Translations under genes and position numbers: made by a program | NCBI RefSeq assembly: GCF_964355755.1 | Contig: NC_092677.1 | Location: 21,997,175-22,061,174 of the forward strand | Length of the DNA: 64,000 nucleotides | Reading direction: 5' to 3' | Source: Antedon mediterranea | Lineage: Eukaryota > Animalia > Echinodermata | The notes under the pieces: model-generated | What the model was told of the DNA's origin: nothing | Seen by the model: only the letters and a program-made list of their open reading frames with translations | Database searches by the model: none | Shown: piece after piece, positions 51,901 to 64,000 of the stretch | How positions within the stretch are numbered: position 1 is the first letter of the stretch | Layout of the letters: every line of letters starts with the position of its first letter

Positions 51901-54900
51901 TTACGTACAGACATCGACCCCGATTTTACATACAGACATCGACCCCGATTTTACGTACAGACATCGACCTAGTTTTGACGTACAGAAATCGACCGCTTTC
52001 TGACGTACAGACATCGACACCGATTTTACATAAAGACATCGACCCCGATTTCACGTACAGACATCGACCACGTTTTTACGTACTGACATCGACCCCGATT
52101 TAACATAGAGACACCGATCCCGATTTTAAGTACATACATCGACTCCGTTTAACGTACATACATCGACCCCGACTTTACGTCCACACATCGACCCAGTTTT
52201 TACGTACAGACAGCGACACCGTTTGACGTACCGACATCAACCTCGATTTTACGTACAGACATAGACCCCGATTTTACGTACATACAGCGACACCGTTTGA
52301 CGTACCGACAACAACCTCGATTTTACATACAGACATCGACCCCGATTTTACGTACATACATCGACCCCGATTTTACGTACAGACATTGACCTCGATTTTA
52401 CGTACATGCATCGACCCTGATTTTACATACAGTCATCGAACCCGATTTTATATACAGACATCGACCCCGATTTTACGTATATACATTGACCTCGAATTTA
52501 CGTACATGCATCGACCCTGCTTTTACGTACAGACATCGACCTCGATTTTACGTACAGTCATCGACCCCAAGTTTATGTACAGACATCGACCTAGTTTTTA
52601 CGTACAGACATCGACTCTGTTTTTACGTACAGATATCGACCTAATTTTTACGTACCGACATCGACCTCGATTTTACGTACAGACATCGACCCTGATTTTA
52701 CGTACAGACATCAACCTAGTTTTGACGTACAGACATCGACACAGATTTTACGCAAAGACATCGACCCCGATTTCACGTACAGACATCGACCTAGTTTTTA
52801 CGTACAGACATCGACACCGTTTTACGTACCGATTACGACCCCGATTTTACGTACAGAAATCGAAATAGTTTTTAGGTACAGACATCGACACCGATTTTAC
52901 GTACAGACATCGACCCCAATTTTACGTACAGACATCAACCTCCCTAGTTTTTACATACAAACATCGACCCTGATTTTACATACAGGCATCGACCTAGTTT
53001 TGACGTACAGACATCGACCCCGTTTTTACATACACATAATACATCGACCTCGATTTTACGTATAGACATCGACCCCGATTTTAAGTGCAGACATCGAACC
53101 CGTTTTACGTACAGGTATCGACAATGATTTTACGTACAGACATCGACCTAGTTTTGAACTACAGACATCGACCACGTTTTTACGTACAGACATCGACCCT
53201 GATTTTACGTACAGACATGTACCTCGATTTTACGTACATAAATTGACCACAAATCAACGTAGAGACATCGACCCCAATTTTACGTACAGACATCGACAAT
53301 GATTTTACGTACAGAAATCGACCTTGTTTTGACGTACATACATCGACCTAGTTTTCACGTACAGACATCGACCCCGTTTTTACATACAGACATATATCTA
53401 GTTTTTTACGTACAGAGATCGACCTAGTTTTTACGCAAGACATCGACCCCGATTTAACGTACAGACATCGACCCCGTATTTACGTACAAACATTGACCTA
53501 GTTTTTACGTACATACATCGACTCCGTTTAACGTACCAACATCGACCCCGTTTTTACGTACAGACATCGACTCCGTTTTTATGTAAAGATATCGACACCG
53601 ATTTACGCAAAGACAACGATCCCGATTTCACGTACAGACATCGACCCCAATTTTACGTACAGTAATCGACCCCGTTTTTACGTACAGACATCAACCTCGA
53701 TTTTACGTACAAACATTGACCCCAAATTTACGTACATACATCGTCCCCGATTTTACATACATACATCGACACCTATTTTACATACAGACAACGACCCCGA
53801 TTTTACGTACAGACATTGACCTAGTTTTGACGTACAGATATCTACCCCGTTTTGACGTACAGACATCGACACCAATTTTACGCAAAGACAACGACCCCGA
53901 TTTCACGAATAGACATCGATCCCGTATTAACGTACAGACATCGATCCCGTATTTACTTACAGACATCGACCTTGTTTCTACGTACAAACATCGACCCCGA
54001 TTTAACGTACATATATCGATCTCGATTTTACGTACATAAGTACATACATCGACTCCGATTTTACATACTGTACATACATTGACCCGATTTTACGTACAGT
54101 CATCGACTCCTATTTTACGTACAGACATCGACCTCTTTTTACGTAAAGACATCGACCCCCTTATTACATACAGATATCGACTCCGCTTTTACGTACAGAC
54201 ATCGACCTAGTTTTTACGTACCGACATCGACCCTGATTTTACTTACAGACATCGACCTAGTTTTGACATACCGACATCAACCTCGATTTTACGTACAGAC
54301 ATTGACCCTGATTTTACGTACATACATCGACCTCGATTTTAGGTACAGACATCGACATCGATTTTACGTACAGACGTCGACCTAGTTTTGACGTACAGAC
54401 ATTGACCCCGATTTCACGAACAGACATCGATCCCCTATTTACGTACAGACATCGATCTCGTATTTATGTACAGATATCGACGCCGTTTTTACGTACAGAC
54501 ATCGACCCTGATTTTACGTACATACATCGATCCCGATTTCACGTACATACGTCGATCCCTATTTTACGTACAGAAATCGACTCCGTTTAACGTACCGACA
54601 TTGACGCGGATTTTATATACAGACATCGACCTAGTTTTTACGTACAGACATCCACCTAGTTTTTAAGTACAGCCATCGGCCTAGTTTTTACTTACAGACC
54701 TCGACATAGTTTTTATGCAATGACAGCGACACCGACTTTACGTACAGATATGGACCCCGATTTTACGTACATACATCGACCCAGTTTTTACGTACAGACA
54801 TCGACCACGCTTTTACGTACAGACATCGACCCCGTTTTTACGTGCAGACATCGATCCCGTTTTGACGTACAGACATCGACCTAGTTTTGAACTACAGACA

Positions 54901-57900
54901 TCGACATCGATCCTGATTTTACGTATAGACATGTACCCCGATTTTACATACATACATCGACCCCGATTTTACGTACATACATTGACCCCGATTTTAGGTA
55001 CAGACATCGACCCCGATTTTACGTACATACATCGACCCCGATTTTAAGTAAGGTCATCGACCCAGTTTTTACGTACAGACATTAACCTCGATTTTACGTA
55101 CATACATCGACACCAATTTGACATACAGACATCGACCCCGATTTTAGGTACAGACATCGACCCCGATTTTAGGTACAGACATCGACTTAGTTTTTACGTA
55201 CAGCATCGATTCTGATTTTACATACATTCATCGACCTAGTTTTGACGTACAGACATCGACCCCGATTTTACGTACAGACATCGACCTAGTTTTTACGTAC
55301 CGACATCGACCTCGATTTTACGTGCAGACATCGACCCCGATTTTACGTACAGACATTGAACTAGCTTTGAACTACAGACATCGACTGCCTTTTTACGTAC
55401 ATACATCGACCTCGATTTGACGTACAGATATCCACCCAGTTTTTTTGTACAGACATCGACCTCATTTTTACGTACAGACATCGACCTAGTTTTGAACTAC
55501 AGACATCGACTCCGTTTTTACGTACAGACATCGACCCATATTTATTAACAGACATCGACCTAGTTTTTACGTACAGACATCGACCCCGATTTTACATACA
55601 GACATCGACCCCGATTTTACGTACAGACATCGACCTAGTTTTGACGTACAGAAATCGACCGCTTTCTGACGTACAGACATCGACACCGATTTTACATAAA
55701 GACATCGACCCCGATTTCACGTACAGACATCGACCACGTTTTTACGTACTGACATCGACCCCGATTTAACATAGAGACACCGATCCCGATTTTAAGTACA
55801 TACATCGACTCCGTTTAACGTACATACATCGACCCCGACTTTACGTCCACACATCGACCCAGTTTTTACGTACAGACAGCGACACCGTTTGACGTACCGA
55901 CATCAACCTCGATTTTACGTACAGACATAGACCCCGATTTTACGTACATACAGCGACACCGTTTGACGTACCGACAACAACCTCGATTTTACATACAGAC
56001 ATCGACCCCGATTTTACGTACATACATCGACCCCGATTTTACGTACAGACATTGACCTCGATTTTACGTACATGCATCGACCCTGATTTTACATACAGTC
56101 ATCGAACCCGATTTTATATACAGACATCGACCCCGATTTTACGTATATACATTGACCTCGAATTTACGTACATGCATCGACCCTGCTTTTACGTACAGAC
56201 ATCGACCTCGATTTTACGTACAGTCATCGACCCCAAGTTTATGTACAGACATCGACCTAGTTTTTACGTACAGACATCGACTCTGTTTTTACGTACAGAT
56301 ATCGACCTAATTTTTACGTACCGACATCGACCTCGATTTTACGTACAGACATCGACCCTGATTTTACGTACAGACATCAACCTAGTTTTGACGTACAGAC
56401 ATCGACACAGATTTTACGCAAAGACATCGACCCCGATTTCACGTACAGACATCGACCTAGTTTTTACGTACAGACATCGACACCGTTTTACGTACCGATT
56501 ACGACCCCGATTTTACGTACAGAAATCGAAATAGTTTTTAGGTACAGACATCGACACCGATTTTACGTACAGACATCGACCCCAATTTTACGTACAGACA
56601 TCAACCTCCCTAGTTTTTACATACAAACATCGACCCTGATTTTACATACAGGCATCGACCTAGTTTTGACGTACAGACATCGACCCCGTTTTTACATACA
56701 CATAATACATCGACCTCGATTTTACGTATAGACATCGACCCCGATTTTAAGTGCAGACATCGAACCCGTTTTACGTACAGGTATCGACAATGATTTTACG
56801 TACAGACATCGACCTAGTTTTGAACTACAGACATCGACCACGTTTTTACGTACAGACATCGACCCTGATTTTACGTACAGACATGTACCTCGATTTTACG
56901 TACATAAATTGACCACAAATCAACGTAGAGACATCGACCCCAATTTTACGTACAGACATCGACAATGATTTTACGTACAGAAATCGACCTTGTTTTGACG
57001 TACATACATCGACCTAGTTTTCACGTACAGACATCGACCCCGTTTTTACATACAGACATATATCTAGTTTTTTACATACAGAGATCGACCTAGTTTTTAC
57101 GCAAGACATCGACCCCGATTTAACGTACAGACATCGACCCCGTATTTACGTACAAACATTGACCTAGTTTTTACGTACATACATCGACTCCGTTTAACGT
57201 ACCAACATCGACCCCGTTTTTACGTACAGACATCGACTCCGTTTTTATGTAAAGATATCGACACCGATTTACGCAAAGACAACGATCCCGATTTCACGTA
57301 CAGACATCGACCCCAATTTTACGTACAGTAATCGACCCCGTTTTTACGTACAGACATCAACCTCGATTTTACGTACAAACATTGACCCCAAATTTACGTA
57401 CATACATCGACCCCGATTTTACATACATACATCGACACCTATTTTACATACAGACAACGACCCCGATTTTACGTACAGACATTGACCTAGTTTTGACGTA
57501 CAGATATCTACCCCGTTTTGACGTACAGACATCGACACCAATTTTACGCAAAGACAACGACCCCGATTTCACGAATAGACATCGATCCCGTATTTACGTA
57601 CAGACATCGATCCCGTATTTACTTACAGACATCGACCTTGTTTCTACGTACAAACATCGACCCCGATTTAACGTACATATATCGATCTCGATTTTACGTA
57701 CATAAGTACATACATCGACTCCGATTTTACATACTGTACATACATTGACCCGATTTTACGTACAGTCATCGACTCCTATTTTACGTACAGACATCGACCT
57801 CTTTTTACGTAAAGACATCGACCCCCTTATTACATACAGATATCGACTCCGCTTTTACGTACAGACATCGACCTAGTTTTTACGTACCGACATCGACCCT

Positions 57901-60900
57901 GATTTTACTTACAGACATCGACCTAGTTTTGACATACCGACATCAACCTCGATTTTACGTACAGACATTGACCCTGATTTTACGTACATACATCGACCTC
58001 GATTTTAGGTACAGACATCGACCCCGATTTTACGTACAGACGTCGACCTAGTTTTGACGTACAGACATCGACCCCGATTTCACGAACAGACATCGATCCC
58101 CTATTTACGTACAGACATCGATCTCGTATTTATGTACAGATATCGACCCCGTTTTTACGTACAGACATCGACCCTGATTTTACGTACATACATCGATCCC
58201 GATTTTACGTACATACGTCGATCCCTATTTTACGTACAGAAATCGACTCCGTTTAACGTACCGACATTGACGCGGATTTTATATACAGACATCGACCTAG
58301 TTTTTACGTACAGACATCCACCTAGTTTTTACGTACAGACATCGGCCTAGTTTTTACTTACAGACCTCGACATAGTTTTTATGCAATGACAGCGACCCCG
58401 ACTTTACGTACAGATATGGACCCCGATTTTACGTACAGACATCGACCCAGTTTTTACGTACAGACATCGACCACGTTTTTACGTACAGACATCGACCCCG
58501 TTTTTACGTGCAGACATCGATCCCGTTTTGACGTACAGACATCGACCTAGTTTTGAACTACAGACATCGACATCGATCCTGATTTTACGTATAGACATCG
58601 ACACCAATTTGACATACAGACATCGACCCCGATTTTACGTACAGACATCGACCCCGATTTTAGGTACAGACATCGACTTAGTTTTTACGTACAGCATCGA
58701 TTCTGATTTTACATACATTCATCATCCTAGTTTTGACGTACAGACATCGACCCCGATTTTACGTACAGACATCGACCTAGTTTTTACGTACCGACATCGA
58801 CCTCGATTTTACGTGCAGACATCGACCCCGATTTTACGTACAGACATCGAACTAGCTTTGAACTACAGACATCGACTGCCTTTTTACGTACATACATCGA
58901 CCCCGATTTGACGTACAGATATCTACCCAGTTTTTTCGTACAGACATCGACCTCATTTTTACGTACAGACATCGACCTAGTTTTGAACTACAGACATCGA
59001 CTCCGTTTTTACGTACAGACATCGACCTCTTTTTACGTAAAGACATCGACCCCCTTATTACATACAGATATCGACTCCGCTTTTACATACAGACATCGAC
59101 CTAGTTTTTACGTACCGACATCGACCCTGATTTTACATACAGACATCGACCTAGTTTTGACATACCGACATCAACCTCGATTTTACGTACAGACATTGAC
59201 CCTGATTTTACGTACATACATCGACCTCGATTTTAGGTACAGACATCGACCCCGATTTTACGTACAGACGTCGACCTAGTTTTGACGTACAGACATCGAC
59301 CCCGATTTCACGAACAGACATCGATCCCCTATTTACGTACAGACATCGATCTCGTATTTATGTACAGATATCGACCCCGTTTTTACGTACAGACATCGAC
59401 CCTGATTTTACGTACATACATCGATCCCGATTTTACGTACATACGTCGATCCCTATTTTACGTACAGAAATCGACTCCGTTTAACGTACCGACATTGACG
59501 CGGATTTTATATACAGACATCGACCTAGTTTTTACGTACAGACATCCACCTAGTTTTTACGTACAGACATCGGCCTAGTTTTTACTTACAGACCTCGACA
59601 TAGTTTTTATGCAATGACAGCGACCCCGACTTTACGTACAGATATGGACCCCGATTTTACGTACAGACATCGACCCAGTTTTTACGTACAGACATCGACC
59701 ACGTTTTTACGTACAGACATCGACCCCGTTTTTACGTGCAGACATCGATCCCGTTTTGACGTACAGACATCGACCTAGTTTTGAACTACAGACATCGACA
59801 TCGATCCTGATTTTACGTATAGACATCGACACCAATTTGACATACAGACATCGACCCCGATTTTACGTACAGACATCGACCCCGATTTTAGGTACAGACA
59901 TCGACTTAGTTTTTACGTACAGCATCGATTCTGATTTTACATACATTCATCATCCTAGTTTTGACGTACAGACATCGACCCCGATTTTACGTACAGACAT
60001 CGACCTAGTTTTTACGTACCGACATCGACCTCGATTTTACGTGCAGACATCGACCCCGATTTTACGTACAGACATCGAACTAGCTTTGAACTACAGACAT
60101 CGACTTCCTTTTTACGTACATACATCGACCCCGATTTGACGTACAGATATCGACCCAGTTTTTTCGTACAGACATCGACCTCATTTTTACGTACAGACAT
60201 CGACCTAGTTTTGAACTACAGACATCGACTCCGTTTTTACGTACAGACATCGACCCTGATTTTACATACAGAAATGTACCCCGATTTTACGTACAGACAT
60301 CGACCCCGATTTTACGTATAGACATCGACCTTGATTTAACGTACAGACATCGAACCCGTTTTTACGTGCAGACATCGATCCCGCTTTTACGTACATAAAT
60401 CGACCACGATTTTACGTACAGACATCGACCTAGTTTTGACGTACAGATATCTACCCCGTTTTGACGTACAGACATCGACACCAATTTTGCGCAAAGACAA
60501 CTACCCCGATTTCACGAATAGACATCGATCCCGTATTTACGTACAGACATCGATCCCGTATTTACTTACAGACATCGACCTTGTTTCTACGTTCAAACAT
60601 CGACCCCGATTTAACGTACATATATCGATCTCGATTTGACGTACATACATCGACTCCGATTTTACATACTGTACATACATTGACCCGATTTGACGTACAG
60701 TCATCGACTCCTATTTTACGTACATACATCGATCCCGATTTTACGTACATACGTCGATCCCTATTTTACGTACAGACATCGACCTAGTTTTGAACTACAG
60801 ACATCGACATCGATCCTGATTTTACGTATAGACATGTACCCCGATTTTACGTACATACATCGACCCCGATTTTACGTACATACATTGACCCCGATTTTAG

Positions 60901-62117
60901 GTACAGACATCGACACCGATTTTACGTACATACATCGACCCCGATTTTAAGTAAGGTCATCGACCCAGTTTTTACGTACAGACATTAACCTCGATTTTAC
61001 GTACATACATCGACACCAATTTTACGTACATACATCGTCCCCGATTTGACATACAGACATCGACCCCGATTTCAGGTACAGACATCGACTTAGTTTTTAC
61101 GTACAGCATCGACCCTGATTTTACATACATTCATCGACCTAGTTTTGACGTACAGACATCGACCCCGATTTTATGTACAGACATCGAACTAGTTTTTACG
61201 TACGTACAGACATCGACCTAGTTTGTACGTACAGACATCGGCCTAGTTTTTAGGTACAGACATCGACCTAGTTTTTACGTACCGACATCAACCTCGATTT
61301 TACGTGCAGACATCGACCCCGATTTTACGTACAGACATCGAACTAGCTTTGAACTACAGACATCGACTGCCTTTTTACGTACATACATCGACCCCGATTT
61401 TACGTACAGATATCGACCCAGTTTTTTCGTACAGACATCGACCTCATTTTTACGTACATACATCGACCTAGTTTTGAACTACAGACATCGACTCCGTTTT
61501 TACGTACAGACATCGACCCTGATTTTACATACAGAAATGTACCCCGATTTTACGTATAGACATCGACCCCGATTTTACGTATAGACATCGACCTTGATTT
61601 AACGTACAGACATCGAACCCGTTTTTACGTGCAGACATCGATCCCGCTTTTACGTACATAAATCGACCACGATTTAACGTCAAGACATCGACCCCGATTT
61701 TATGTACAGACATCGACAATGATTTTACATACAGACATCGACCTAGTTTTGACCTACAGACATCGACCTAGTTTTGACGTTCATAATATGTCCGTCAAAA
61801 CTAGGTCGACCCCGTTTTGACGTACAGACATCGACACCGATTATACGCTAGACGTCGACCCCGATTTGACGTACAGACATTGACCCCGTATTTACGTACA
61901 GACATCGACCTAGTTCTTACGTACATACATCGACTCCGTTTAACGTACCGACATCGACCCCGTTTTTACGTACAGACATCGACTCCGTTCTTACGTAAAG
62001 ACATCGACCCCGATTTTACGTACAGACAGCGACTCCGATTTTACGTACAGACATCGACCCCGTTTTGACGTACAGACATCGACACCGATTTTACGCAAAG
62101 ACAACGACTCCGATTTC

Positions 62118-62420
62118 TCACACAAAACATCAAAGTGTACAGAATAGCTTTAAATCGCATTTGGAGACGTTTTAGACCATTTTGTGATTTTCGAAAAAAC
62201 ATGTTAACATAAAAACATCAAAGTGTACAGAATAGCTTCAAATCGCATTTGGAGACGTTTTAGACCATTTTGTGCATTTCGATGAAACTTGGTTACACAA
62301 AAACATCAAAATGCTTAAAATCACATTAGAAACCGTTTTAGACCATTTTGAGCATTTCGATAAAACTTTTCACACAAAAACATCAAAGTGCACAAAATAG
62401 CTTAATATGGTATTAAAAAA
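62118..62420 (+). repeat. Short island of the ~77-88-bp satellite within the 25-bp array
   Basis: Near-identical to 26670-26972, including the upstream junction. Confidence 0.93.
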
Positions 62421-64000
62421 ACCTCGATTTTACGTACATACATCGACACCAATTTTACGTACATACATCGACCCCGATTTGACATACAGACATCGACCCC
62501 GATTTTACGTACAGACATCGACCCCGATTTTAGGTACAGACATCGACTTAGTTTTTACGTACAGCATCGACCCTGATTTTACATACATTCATCGACCTAG
62601 TTTTGACGTACAGACATCGACCCCGATTTAATGTACAGACATCGAACTAGTTTTTACGTACGTACAGACATCGACCTAGTTTGTACGTACAGACATCGGC
62701 CTAGTTTTTACGTACAGACATTGACCTAGTTTTTTACGTACCGACATCGACCTCGATTTTACGTGCAGACATCGACCCCAATTTTACGTACAGACATCGA
62801 ACTAGCTTTGAACTACAGACATCGACTGCCTTTTTACGTACATACATCGACCCCGATTTTACGTACAAATATCGACCCAGTTTTTTCGTACAGACATCGA
62901 CCTCATTTTTACGTACAGACATCGACCTAGTTTTGAACTACAGACATCGACTCCGTTTTTACGTACAGACATCGACCCTGATTTTACATACAGAAATGTA
63001 CCCCAATTTTACGTACAGACATCCACCCCGATTTTACGTATAGACATCGACCTTGATTTAACGTACAGACATCGAACCCGTTTTACGTGCAGACATCGAT
63101 CCCGCTTTTTACGTACATATATCGACCACGATTTAACGTAGAGACATCGACCCCGATTTTATGTACAGACATCGACAATGATTTTACATACAGACATCGA
63201 CCAAGTTTTGACCTACAGACATCGACTTAGTTTTGACAAACAGACATTGACATCGGTTTGACGTACAGACATCGACACCGGTTTTACGTACAGATATCGA
63301 TCCTAATTTTACATACAGACATCGACCTAGTTTTGACGTACAGACATCGACCTTGTCTTTACATACAGACATCGATCTTGTTTTTTACGTACAGAGATCG
63401 ACCTAGTTTTTACGTACCGACATCGACCCCTGATTTTACGTACAGACAGTGACCCCGATTTTACATCGACCTAGTTTTGACGGACATATATCGACCCCGT
63501 TTTGACGTACAGACATCGACACCGATTTTACGCAAGACGTCGACCCGTATTTACGTACAGACATCGACCCCGTATTTACGTACAGACATCGACCTAGTTT
63601 TTACGTACATACATCGACTCCGTTTAACGTACCGACATCGACCCCGTTTTTACGTACAGACATCGACTCCGTTCTTACGTAAAGACATCGACCCCGATTT
63701 TACATCGACCTAGTTTTGACGGACATATATCGACCCCGTTTTGACGTACAGACATCGACACCGATTTTACGCAAGACGTCGACCCCGATTTGACGTACAG
63801 ACATCGACCCCGTATTTACGTACAGACATCGACCTAGTTTTTACGTACATACATCGACTCCGTTTAACGTACCGACATCGACCCCGTTTTTAAATACAGA
63901 CATCGACTCCGTTCTTACGTAAAGACATCGACCCCGATTTTACGTACAGACAGCGACTCCGATTTTACGTACAGACATCGACCCGTTTTGACGTACAGAC

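Larger units (their letters stand above)
39017..64000 (+). repeat. 25-bp satellite array 2 (>23 kb, runs off the window) with higher-order repeats
   Basis: Same consensus as array 1. Identical or near-identical ORF-track translations recur at offsets 3329, 3666, 3503/4765 and 1228 bp. Confidence 0.97.

Noticed and set aside
23333-64000. Dozens of ORFs with TYRHRPRFYVQTSTPILRTDIDPDF repeats
   Set aside because: The 25-bp consensus has no plus-strand stop, so three monomers give a 25-aa repeat in every frame. Frames break randomly, with no splice or codon signal.

Overview
AT-rich animal nuclear DNA (spliceosomal introns, eukaryotic TEs; a marine invertebrate such as an echinoderm is a guess) spanning a transition from a TE-rich gene region into satellite DNA. 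Bases 1-23.4 kb hold one intact three-exon host gene, a divergent VIAAT/VGAT (SLC32)-like amino-acid transporter (19202-21441, 489 aa). Around it lie a decayed Transib transposon with both ends intact and RSS-like, LINE fragments, several MITEs and a Helentron-type element carrying a tRNA-like cassette. Bases 23.4-64 kb are almost entirely three satellites: a CpG-rich 25-bp repeat with kb-scale higher-order periods (3666, 3329, 3503, 1228 bp), a ~77-88-bp repeat and a ~187-bp repeat. The ~187-bp array carries two independent insertions of the same TGT...ACA foldback element, one hosting a nested Harbinger with a MADF pseudogene. The 25-bp array carries a young 5'-truncated CR1-group LINE. Nearly all ORF-track entries in the satellite are translation artefacts. 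All calls were made by eye with no database search.
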